The position numbers were made by a program, and so were the translations under genes. The notes below the pieces were generated by a model. It had not been told where the DNA came from and made no database searches. It worked only from the letters and a program-made list of their open reading frames with translations. DNA of 24,000 nt from Pseudomonadota bacterium. Lineage in GTDB: Bacteria > Pseudomonadota > Gammaproteobacteria > Burkholderiales > Burkholderiaceae. Location: the NCBI GenBank assembly GCA_041191465.1, contig JBEEOV010000008.1, forward strand, positions 148-24,147, read 5' to 3'. Of the stretch, positions 8,678 through 16,598 are shown piece after piece. How positions within the stretch are numbered: position 1 is the first letter of the stretch; each line of letters begins with the position of its first letter.

Positions 8678-9481
8678 ATGTTTGTTGATTCACACTGCCA
8701 TTTAGATTTCCCAGAATATGCTGATAAAGTTCCAGAGCTATTGGAACGAATGAAGGCTGCTAAGGTGATGCATGCGATGTGCATCTCTGTGGATATGCCA
8801 GATTTTCCAAATGTTTTGGCTTTGGCTGAAGCGCATGACAATTTATTTGCCACTGTTGGGACTCACCCAGATTATGAAGATACTCCTGAACCGACCGAAG
8901 ACCAATTAGTGGAGCTTGCCAAGCATCCAAAAATTCTAGCTATTGGTGAAACTGGTCTAGATTATTACCGTATTGGTGATAGAACATATGAGCAAATGGA
9001 GTGGCAGAGAGAGCGCTTTCGTACACATATTCGTGCAGCTAAACGTGCCAATAAACCTTTAATTATTCATACGCGCTCTGCATCTGAAGATACGATCAGA
9101 ATCCTTAAAGAGGAGGGGGCTGGTCAGGTAGCGGGGGTCATGCACTGCTTCACTGAAACATGGGATGTGGCCCAAGCTGCCATGGAGCTAGGTTTCTATA
9201 TCTCATTTTCAGGAATTGTGACCTTTAAAAACGCCAAAGAACTTCAAGAAACTTGTAAAAAAGTGCCTCTAGATCGCATGTTGATTGAAACAGATGCGCC
9301 GTTTTTGGCACCAATTCCACATCGAGGTAAGACAAATGAGCCGGCCTGGGTATCTCATGTTGGGGAATTTATCGCTAACCTCAGGGGCATCTCTGTTGAG
9401 GAAGTTGCCAAGAAGTTGCCAAGGCCACTACAGAGAATTTCAGAACGCTATTCAAAGCTCCATTTTGATTATTACACCTAG
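8678..9481 (+). CDS. ycfH: TatD-family metal-dependent hydrolase (YcfH-type), with a frameshifted C-terminal tail
   Basis: All metal-ligand motifs are present: DSHCHLD, GETGLDY, IHTR, MHCF and ETDAPF. Its position immediately after holB matches E. coli ycfH. The last 22 codons follow an 11-bp tandem duplication and do not look TatD-like (see findings). Confidence 0.9.
   Translation: MFVDSHCHLDFPEYADKVPELLERMKAAKVMHAMCISVDMPDFPNVLALAEAHDNLFATVGTHPDYEDTPEPTEDQLVELAKHPKILAIGETGLDYYRIGDRTYEQMEWQRERFRTHIRAAKRANKPLIIHTRSASEDTIRILKEEGAGQVAGVMHCFTETWDVAQAAMELGFYISFSGIVTFKNAKELQETCKKVPLDRMLIETDAPFLAPIPHRGKTNEPAWVSHVGEFIANLRGISVEEVAKKLPRPLQRISERYSKLHFDYYT
9401..9422 (+). repeat. Perfect 11-bp tandem duplication, GAAGTTGCCAA x2, inside the 3' end of the TatD/YcfH gene
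   Basis: Read directly from the sequence: 9401-9411 and 9412-9422 are both GAAGTTGCCAA. Confidence 0.95.
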
Positions 9482-9487
9482 AGTTTA

Positions 9488-10183
9488 ATGCAAAAATATA
9501 TCGCAACATGTTGTTTTACAACGTTAATATCGTTATTTTCCGTACCTGTTTCAGCTCAAAATTCGACGGTAAAGACTAACCATTATCAGACTGAGGATTT
9601 TTTAAACTCAGTCAAAATGAATGATGTTAAAGCTGTTAAAAAGGCTTTAAGTAACGGAATTAGTCCAAATTCTATGGATTTACAAGGTAATTCTGCGCTA
9701 GCGCTAGCCATTACTGAGAAATCACTAGATGTGATCAAACTACTAGTTGATACACCTTCAATTGACCTTGAAAGACCCAACCTTGCTGGTGAAACACCGA
9801 TCATGATGTTGGCTTATAACGACATGTATGATTTATTGGTCTATTTAGTTGATAAACGTGATGTTGAAATCAATAAGCCTGGATGGACGGCTTTGCATTA
9901 TGCGGCTACCAATGGTCACGAACGTATAGCTGCTTATTTATTAGATAAACATGCATATATAGATGCGCTTAGTCCCAATGGCACAACACCATTGATGATG
10001 GCAGCCAGAGGTGGTCATATCCATGTAGTGAAGCTTTTATTAGATCGTGGCGCAGATTTATCTAAGCGCAATGGCATGAAGATGACAGCTATTGAATTTG
10101 CAGAACAAAGTAATCAGTCTGAGATTGCAACGGGGCTTAAATCTAGGTGGTCTAAGCTATACGGTAAGCCATACGCTCAGTGA
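9488..10183 (+). CDS. Secreted ankyrin-repeat protein
   Basis: 231 aa. It has a Sec signal peptide (MQKYIATCCFTTLISLFSVPVSA|QN). It has four to five ANK repeats, for example GWTALHYAATNGHERIAAYLLDKHAYIDA and NGTTPLMMAARGGHIHVVKLLLDRGADL. Confidence 0.85.
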   Translation: MQKYIATCCFTTLISLFSVPVSAQNSTVKTNHYQTEDFLNSVKMNDVKAVKKALSNGISPNSMDLQGNSALALAITEKSLDVIKLLVDTPSIDLERPNLAGETPIMMLAYNDMYDLLVYLVDKRDVEINKPGWTALHYAATNGHERIAAYLLDKHAYIDALSPNGTTPLMMAARGGHIHVVKLLLDRGADLSKRNGMKMTAIEFAEQSNQSEIATGLKSRWSKLYGKPYAQ

Positions 10184-10207
10184 CAATATATTCGCATAAT
10201 CATTATT

Positions 10208-10639
10208 ATGTTAAATAAGATATATGTATCAGAAATAACATATGGTGAAACCTATCAAAAGGCTAATTACCTAGTCACTACCCCAGGCTGTGAAATACAG
10301 TTCAAGATCAATCAGGTCAACAAGGAACTGGCCACATTGATTGAAAGCCATGGTGTCGATGGCGCTAGTCTAATTACAGCTTGTAATCCATATGGCCAAG
10401 CAGTTTCTATTATTGAGAATGTCAAAGCCAATCAATCCCTAGAGCAAGATATTCAGTCAACAGGACTACCCTATTTTCTTGGCCAAGGAAGTGATCCAAA
10501 GGGTGAATGGAAAGAAGACAGCTACTTAGTGATGGGCATCACTCTTGAGGAAGCAAAAGAGTTGGGGGATATATATCAACAGAATGCAATTGTCTGGATC
10601 AACAAGGATGGCTTACCAACACTTGTGTGGTTGAGATAG
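10208..10639 (+). CDS. Conserved hypothetical protein, DUF3293-like
   Basis: 143 aa. The pattern ...SLITACNPYGQ...EN..AN..L...G.G.DP.GEW.EDSYLV.GI..EEAKELG..YQQNAIVWI matches my recollection of the DUF3293 family. The function is not known. The coding call rests on ORF length, an ATG start and the fact that it fills the gene spacing. Confidence 0.6.
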   Translation: MLNKIYVSEITYGETYQKANYLVTTPGCEIQFKINQVNKELATLIESHGVDGASLITACNPYGQAVSIIENVKANQSLEQDIQSTGLPYFLGQGSDPKGEWKEDSYLVMGITLEEAKELGDIYQQNAIVWINKDGLPTLVWLR

Positions 10640-10660
10640 ATTAAAGATGCAGACGGCAAT

Positions 10661-10692
10661 AAAAAAGCCGCTAACGAGTAGCGGCTTTGTTG
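10661..10692. terminator. Rho-independent terminator shared by the convergent DUF3293-like gene and the thiolase gene
   Basis: A 9-bp stem, AAGCCGCTA (10665-10673) pairing with TAGCGGCTT (10679-10687), encloses a 5-nt loop. An A6 run lies on the left, giving a U-run for the minus-strand thiolase transcript. A weaker TTTGTT follows on the right. Confidence 0.7.
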
Positions 10693-10707
10693 AACAAACT
10701 TAGAGGC

Positions 10708-11889
10708 TTATAAGCGCTCAAATACAACAGCGATACCTTGACCGCCACCGATACACATTGTTACCAATGCATATTTACCACCTGTGCGGTGAAGCTCATA
10801 GATTGCCTTTGTAGCAATGAACGCGCCAGAACAACCCACTGGGTGACCCAAAGCAATCGCACCACCGTTAGGATTGGTCTTTGTCATATCCAAACCTAAG
10901 CCTTTAGAAACTGCAATGGCTTGGGCGGCAAAGGCTTCATTAGATTCAACAACATCCATCTTGTCGATAGTCAAACCTGCACGCTGCAAGGCAAGCTTAG
11001 ATGCAGGGATTGGACCTTCACCCATGATGTCATTAGGAACACCAGCCAACGCATAAGATACTAGGCGCGCCATAGGCTTCTGCCCTGCTTTTGCCGCAGC
11101 TTCAGCAGAAGCTAAAACAAAGAATGCTGCACCGTCATTAATGCCTGAAGCATTACCCGCCGTCACAGTACCATCCTTCTTGAAAGCAGGCTTCATCTTG
11201 CCCAAGCTTTCCATTGTTGTATTTGCTTTAACGTGCTCGTCAGTATCAAACACCACATCACCCTTGCGAGTTTGCATAGTGATTGGAACGATTTGTGATT
11301 TAAAGCGGCCCTCAGCAATCGCAGCTGTAGCACGACGGTGTGATTCAACTGCTAAAGCATCCTGCTCTTCACGGGTGATGTTCCACTTAGCTGCCAAATT
11401 CTCTGCTGTGATACCCATATGACCAGCACCAAATGGGTCAGTCAATGTGGCTACCATCATGTCAATCATTTTTGTGTCACCCATGCGTGCACCAGTTCGC
11501 ATCGCAGGTGCGCCGTAGATACCACGAGACATCACCTCAACACCACCGCCTACACCATACTCACAATCACCCAACATGATCGCTTGAGAAGTTGTTACGA
11601 TACCTTGTAAACCTGAGCTACATAAACGGTTAACCGCCATAGCAACTGAGTCCATCGGCAAGCCCGCTTGAATCGCAGCTACACGAGCAACGTATGGGAA
11701 ACGTGATTCTGTAGGAATACAGTTACCCACAGTTACATAATTAATTTGCTTAGGGTCTACGCCAGAACGATTAACAGCCTCTTTCATAACTGTGCCAGCT
11801 AATTCAGCCGGTTCCATGCTGCTCAATGAACCACCAAAACCACCAATAGCAGAACGAACTGCACTCAATACAACAACATCACGTGCCAT
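10708..11889 (-). CDS. bktB: Acetyl-CoA C-acetyltransferase (biosynthetic thiolase II), BktB-like beta-ketothiolase
   Basis: 393 aa. It has the thiolase active-site motifs NRLCSSGL, GNASGINDGAA, NPNGGAIALGHPVGCSG and CIGGGQG. From memory, the N-terminal half (VVVLSAVRSAIGGFGGSL...GNCIPTE...VNRLCSSGLQ) aligns better with Cupriavidus necator BktB than with PhaA. Confidence 0.9.
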   Translation of the reverse strand: MARDVVVLSAVRSAIGGFGGSLSSMEPAELAGTVMKEAVNRSGVDPKQINYVTVGNCIPTESRFPYVARVAAIQAGLPMDSVAMAVNRLCSSGLQGIVTTSQAIMLGDCEYGVGGGVEVMSRGIYGAPAMRTGARMGDTKMIDMMVATLTDPFGAGHMGITAENLAAKWNITREEQDALAVESHRRATAAIAEGRFKSQIVPITMQTRKGDVVFDTDEHVKANTTMESLGKMKPAFKKDGTVTAGNASGINDGAAFFVLASAEAAAKAGQKPMARLVSYALAGVPNDIMGEGPIPASKLALQRAGLTIDKMDVVESNEAFAAQAIAVSKGLGLDMTKTNPNGGAIALGHPVGCSGAFIATKAIYELHRTGGKYALVTMCIGGGQGIAVVFERL

Positions 11890-12046
11890 CTGGAACTCCC
11901 TTGTTACTTGTTATTAATAGAAAAACTAGTCTGTAGGGCTAATCTTACGAGTAACTGTCTAAAACAATCTATTAGTACTTACCAAGGGTAATCACTCATA
12001 AAAAATGACTAATAATTGATTTAGATGAAGGAATTTTGCTCAAAAA

Positions 12047-13405
12047 CTAAAGCTGAGCAATTAGGTCATGACCCTGAGTACCAACAACTGTAGCCTTCAC
12101 AAATTCGCCTACTCGATACTTTTTGGAAATCTTGTCTGTAGGTAGTAAGTGCACTAAACCATCAATCTCGGGAGCATCTGATTGACTCCGACCTACTCCA
12201 CCTTGACCATTTACTGCATCAACAATTACTTTGATGCGCTTACCTACTTTGGCTTGAAGAAGTTGAGTGGATATATCTTCAGCGACAGCCATAAATCTGG
12301 CTTGCCGGTCATTTCTAATTTCGTCAGGCAATGCACCATCTAATTCATTAGCTTTAGCACCTTCTACTGGTGAGTAGGCAAAACAACCTGCCCTATCAAT
12401 TTTTGCCTCACGCATGAAGTCAAGAAGATAAGTAAACTCTTCTTCAGTTTCCCCAGGGAATCCTGCAATAAAAGTACTTCTGATGGTTAAATCAGGACAC
12501 GCCTTACGCCATGCCTGAATACGATCTAAATTTTTCTCGCCACTCGCTGGTCGCTTCATGCGTTTGAGCACATCTGGATGAGCATGTTGCATTGGTATAT
12601 CTAAATATGGCAAAACCCCACTACCCTCATCTGCAAAACTTGCCATGATGGGTAATATCTCATCGACATGCGGATAAGGATAAACATAATGTAATCGTAC
12701 CCATGCATCATGTTGACGAGCCAATTTGCCCAATGCTTCAACCATATCAAACAATTTAGCTTTGACAGGTCGACCATCCCAAAAACCAGTTCGATACTGC
12801 ACATCGACACCGTAGGCGCTCGTATCTTGAGACACTACCAATAACTCTTTAACACCTGCCTCAAATAAATGTTGCGCCTCTAGTAATACATCGCCTATTG
12901 GTCGTGAAACTAAGTCACCGCGCAAACTTGGAATAATGCAAAACGTACAGCGATGATTACAACCTTCGGAAATTTTTAAATAAGCATAATGCTTAGGTGT
13001 TAACTTAACACCTGCCTTAGGAACCAAATCAGAGAAAGGGTCATGCGCTTTAGGTAGATGTTGATGAACAGCAGTCAACACCTCATCAGCTGCATGGGGG
13101 CCTGTAACAGCCAAAACCTTAGGGTGAACTGATGTAACTACATCGGAACCATCAGCATTCTTTTTTGCCCCTAAGCAACCAGTAACAATGACTTTGCCAT
13201 TTTCCGCAAGTGCCTCACCAATCGCATCTAAGCTTTCTTGAACAGCCGAGTCAATAAAACCACAGGTGTTAACCACAACAAGATCTGAGCCAGCATAATC
13301 CTTGGCAATCTCATAGCCTTCAGCACGCAGTTGTGTAACGATGCGTTCAGCATCAACTAAAGCCTTAGGACAACCTAAGGAAACAAAACCAATCTTGCCG
13401 CTCAA
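12047..13405 (-). CDS. rimO: Ribosomal protein S12 methylthiotransferase RimO (radical SAM)
   Basis: 452 aa. It has the MTTase N-domain motifs ([20 protein letters not shown]), the radical-SAM motif CNHRCTFC and a C-terminal TRAM domain. The start codon is TTG and directly abuts the phaR stop. Confidence 0.95.
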   Translation of the reverse strand: MSGKIGFVSLGCPKALVDAERIVTQLRAEGYEIAKDYAGSDLVVVNTCGFIDSAVQESLDAIGEALAENGKVIVTGCLGAKKNADGSDVVTSVHPKVLAVTGPHAADEVLTAVHQHLPKAHDPFSDLVPKAGVKLTPKHYAYLKISEGCNHRCTFCIIPSLRGDLVSRPIGDVLLEAQHLFEAGVKELLVVSQDTSAYGVDVQYRTGFWDGRPVKAKLFDMVEALGKLARQHDAWVRLHYVYPYPHVDEILPIMASFADEGSGVLPYLDIPMQHAHPDVLKRMKRPASGEKNLDRIQAWRKACPDLTIRSTFIAGFPGETEEEFTYLLDFMREAKIDRAGCFAYSPVEGAKANELDGALPDEIRNDRQARFMAVAEDISTQLLQAKVGKRIKVIVDAVNGQGGVGRSQSDAPEIDGLVHLLPTDKISKKYRVGEFVKATVVGTQGHDLIAQL

Positions 13406-13957
13406 TTATTTATCGCTCTTATTGGGAGTTGTGAAAGGAAACCCTGTAAAAACATTAGGGGTTTGATCTTTCATTTTTTCTTGCATTTGAGTAAATAGAT
13501 TTTTACTCTGCTCAATGTAGTTGCCCATCTGCATCATTGGGTTCTGCATGTTCATGAATTGAGCCCAACTTTCAGGTGTAGCACCACCCTGCTTAGATTG
13601 CTCTGCAAATTGACTTTGCATATCGATGAATGATTGAATATTTTTCTCTAACATACCCCCCACCATTCCCTGCATAGAATGACCATAGAACCTGATCATT
13701 TGAGACAACATCGGGGTTGTAAATAATGGCACACCACCAGCTTCCTCTTCCAAAATAATTTGTAGAAGAATCGCACGGGTTAAATCTTCATCAGTCTTTG
13801 CATCAACAACTTTGAACTCATCATGAGCAAGTACCAAGCCTTTAACATCAGACAAAGTAACGTAAGTACTTGTTTGAGTATCGTAAAGACGGCGATTAGG
13901 ATATTTTTTAATCGTCCTAATGCCAGCAGATTTAGCGGATTGTCTTTTTGTGACCAT
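13406..13957 (-). CDS. phaR: Polyhydroxyalkanoate synthesis repressor PhaR
   Basis: 183 aa. The signature IKKYPNRRLYDTQTSTYVTL is present. It is nearly collinear with my recollection of C. necator PhaR. Confidence 0.95.
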   Translation of the reverse strand: MVTKRQSAKSAGIRTIKKYPNRRLYDTQTSTYVTLSDVKGLVLAHDEFKVVDAKTDEDLTRAILLQIILEEEAGGVPLFTTPMLSQMIRFYGHSMQGMVGGMLEKNIQSFIDMQSQFAEQSKQGGATPESWAQFMNMQNPMMQMGNYIEQSKNLFTQMQEKMKDQTPNVFTGFPFTTPNKSDK

Positions 13958-13968
13958 ATCAAATAATT

Positions 13969-14008
13969 TGGGCTTGAATACGCATATTGTATGTGTAAAT
14001 CAAGCCCA
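13969..14008. promoter_or_regulatory. 9-bp perfect inverted repeat, TGGGCTTGA-N22-TCAAGCCCA, in the phaB-phaR spacer
   Basis: Read directly: the left arm is 13969-13977 and the right arm is 14000-14008. The repeat ends 11 nt upstream of the phaR ATG. Its function as an operator or an RNA hairpin is not established. Confidence 0.3.
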
Positions 14009-14054
14009 CCTCTAAAAACTAAGCAATATGCCCTTTTTTGGGGCATGGGATTGC

Positions 14055-14795
14055 TTAGCCCATATGTAAACCACCGTTTAGCGAGAAGTCAGCGCCAGTT
14101 GAGAAGCCGCCCTGATCAGATGCTAACCAAGAAACGATTGAAGCAATTTCATCAGGTGTGCCCAATCGCTTAACTGGGATTGTAGAAATGATTTTCTCAA
14201 GAACATCTTCACGAATCGCAGTAACCATGTCTGTACCAATATAACCAGGAGATACAGTATTTACTGTGACGCCCTTAGAAGCAGTCTCTTGTGCTAATGA
14301 CATAGTGAAGCCATGAATACCTGCTTTTGCAGTCGCATAGTTTGATTGACCAAATTGACCTTTTTGACCATTAACAGATGAAATGTTAATGATGCGGCCC
14401 CAACCAGCATCAACCATACCGTCGATCACTTGCTTAGTTACGTTGAAAAGTGAATTCAAGTTGGTATCGATAACAGCACGCCAATCTTCAGGTGTCATTT
14501 TGCGGAAAACTGTATCGCGAGTAATACCTGCATTGTTCACCAAGACATCTACTTTGCCGTGCTCAGCTTTTACTTTATTAAAAGCAGCCACAGTACTCTC
14601 CCAGTCACCAACGTTACCTTCGGATGCAGTGAAATCAAAACCTAATGCTTTTTGCTCAGCCAACCATCTATCTTTACGAGGTGAGTTAGGACCGCAACCT
14701 GCAATCACTTTAAAACCATCCTTTGCCAAACGTTGGCAAATAGCGGTACCGATACCACCCATACCACCAGTTACATACGCGATCTTTTGACTCAT
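14055..14795 (-). CDS. phaB: Acetoacetyl-CoA reductase (NADPH-dependent SDR)
   Basis: 246 aa. It has the cofactor motif VTGGMGGIG and the catalytic YATAKAG (YxxxK). It lies between phaC and phaR. Confidence 0.9.
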   Translation of the reverse strand: MSQKIAYVTGGMGGIGTAICQRLAKDGFKVIAGCGPNSPRKDRWLAEQKALGFDFTASEGNVGDWESTVAAFNKVKAEHGKVDVLVNNAGITRDTVFRKMTPEDWRAVIDTNLNSLFNVTKQVIDGMVDAGWGRIINISSVNGQKGQFGQSNYATAKAGIHGFTMSLAQETASKGVTVNTVSPGYIGTDMVTAIREDVLEKIISTIPVKRLGTPDEIASIVSWLASDQGGFSTGADFSLNGGLHMG

Positions 14796-14847
14796 TCTTC
14801 TTCTCCCTTAATGTGAATACTTTACTGCTATAAAAATTACAAAATAA

Positions 14848-16479
14848 TTAATCAATTGCTTTTTCTTTGACGTAAGAGCCAGGTGCTTTTTCAATAGGTT
14901 TGTACCTAGTGTTTCCATAAGATTTAGGTGCAGGCTTTTGCTTGCCACTATGAGGAACTAACCACTTAGCCCAATCAGGCCACCAACTTCCTGGAATCTC
15001 TTTTGCTCCATCAAACCATGCATCTGCAGTTGCTGCCAACTTTGAATTAGCCCAGTAATTACGCTTTTTCTTGGCTGGTGGATTGATTACGCCAGCGATG
15101 TGACCAGAAGCGCCAAGAACAAAATGTACTTTTGCACCTTTAAGTAGCTTCACAGACTCATAGGCTGACCACCAAGGAACGATATGGTCTTCTCGTGATG
15201 CATACAAGTAGACTGGACATTTGATTTTTCCTAAGTCAACTTTTTCACCGCAAATAGTTAGCTTGCCAGGTACTTTGAGTTCGTTTTGTAAATACAAATG
15301 ACGTAAGTACCAAGAATACATAGCACCAGGTAAGTTTGTTGAGTCCCCATTCCAATAGAGCAAATCAAATGGTGGCGGTGAATTTCCTTTGAGGTAGTTA
15401 TCAACTACATAATTCCAAACCAGATCATTTGGTCTCAAGAATGAGAATGTATTGGCTAACTCCACACCTCTCAACATGCCACACTTGCCACCATTCTTGC
15501 CGCCGATGCTGTTTTCTCTTAGGCTGACCAATGCCTCATCGACAAACACATCCAAAATGCCCGTGTCTGAGAAATCAAGCAACGTGGTTAATAGCGTTAA
15601 GCTTGCTGCTGGATGCTTATTTCTAGCTGCCAATACGGCTAATGCTGTTGTGGTGATGGTACCGCCAACGCAGAAACCTAAAATATTAATTTGCTTTTGA
15701 CCGCTCATATCTTGAACAGTTTCAATGGCATGTATCGCGCCATCACCAATGTAATCATCCCATGTTGTGTCCGCCATAGACGGATCAGGATTTTTCCAAG
15801 ATACCAAGTAAACAGTGTGCCCCTGCTCTACCAAGTAACGAACAACTGAGCTCTCTGGTTGAAGATCAAGAATGTAATATTTATTGATACATGGTGGAAT
15901 CATTAAGTATGGTCGCTCATAAACTTTTGCAGTTAATGGCTTGTACTGAATGATTTGAAATAATTTTGTTTGATAGACAACGGCACCTTCAGAAGTTGCA
16001 ACATTTTTACCAACTTCAAATGCTGATTCATCCGTCTGGGATACCTTGCCTTTGCCCAAGTCTTGCAAAGCATTCAGAATACCTGTGCGTAAAGACTCGC
16101 CTTTTGTCTCAATCAGGCGCTGTTGAGCTTCTGGGTTTGTAGCCAAGAAGTTTGATGGTGACATAGCATCAATCATTTGCTCGATGCTAAAGCGAATTCT
16201 TTGTCTAACTTTAGCTTCAGCTTCTACAGCATCAGCCAAATTTAATAGGTGGCGAGAATTCAGTAGGTAAAAATTAACTGTGGCTTGATTCCATGGGTTT
16301 TGCCATGCATCAGCCCTAAAACGACGATCCGTAATTGGTGTACCAGTTGGATTTGCCCACAATGCTGATAGCTCTTTAGCATATTGCTGCTCAATTTCCA
16401 CCAATTTTTCTGGCGGTATCAAAGCCATATGCTGGGGAGCGAGGCTAGGACCAGAACCAAAGCCTTGCATATTCACCAT
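14848..16479 (-). CDS. phaC: Class I poly(R)-hydroxyalkanoate synthase
   Basis: 543 aa. It has the lipase box GFCVGG with the catalytic Cys, plus PPCINKYYILDL, EDHIVPW and GHIAGVINPP. From memory it is highly collinear with C. necator PhaC1, but with a shorter N-terminus. AGGGA lies 5 nt upstream of the ATG. Confidence 0.95.
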   Translation of the reverse strand: MVNMQGFGSGPSLAPQHMALIPPEKLVEIEQQYAKELSALWANPTGTPITDRRFRADAWQNPWNQATVNFYLLNSRHLLNLADAVEAEAKVRQRIRFSIEQMIDAMSPSNFLATNPEAQQRLIETKGESLRTGILNALQDLGKGKVSQTDESAFEVGKNVATSEGAVVYQTKLFQIIQYKPLTAKVYERPYLMIPPCINKYYILDLQPESSVVRYLVEQGHTVYLVSWKNPDPSMADTTWDDYIGDGAIHAIETVQDMSGQKQINILGFCVGGTITTTALAVLAARNKHPAASLTLLTTLLDFSDTGILDVFVDEALVSLRENSIGGKNGGKCGMLRGVELANTFSFLRPNDLVWNYVVDNYLKGNSPPPFDLLYWNGDSTNLPGAMYSWYLRHLYLQNELKVPGKLTICGEKVDLGKIKCPVYLYASREDHIVPWWSAYESVKLLKGAKVHFVLGASGHIAGVINPPAKKKRNYWANSKLAATADAWFDGAKEIPGSWWPDWAKWLVPHSGKQKPAPKSYGNTRYKPIEKAPGSYVKEKAID

Positions 16480-16598
16480 AACGTTCCCTTAAATGTAATT
16501 ATTGACATTTTGTCCAACCCCTATTCTGAGGTTTTATTGGGGAAATCGTTATAAGAATTAACCCTATCCGAAACTTCTTTAAAGCTTACTTAACAAGA

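Noticed and set aside
9285-9488. 67-aa alternative-frame ORF overlapping the tatD 3' end
   Set aside because: It is out of frame with all TatD motifs. It is also not the frame restored by removing the 11-bp duplication; that ancestral tail is in the third frame and ends at 9468. No independent coding evidence exists.
14028-14046. Small hairpin ATGCCC-N7-GGGCAT just after the phaB stop, as a possible intrinsic terminator
   Set aside because: The stem is only 6 bp, and the U-run on the minus-strand transcript is displaced by about 10 nt. It is too weak to call as a terminator, so it is mentioned only under the phaR inverted-repeat finding.
14383-14790. 135-aa plus-strand ORF antisense to phaB. 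Similar shadow ORFs lie at 7762-8118 (antisense to holB), 11141-11422, 11419-11610 and 10874-11056 (antisense to the thiolase), 2627-2875 (selO), 15452-15700 (phaC) and 20603-20875 (lplT).
   Set aside because: Each lies entirely within, and antisense to, a strongly supported conserved CDS. Their products are low-complexity or Ser/Pro/Ala-rich with no family resemblance. These are typical shadow ORFs.
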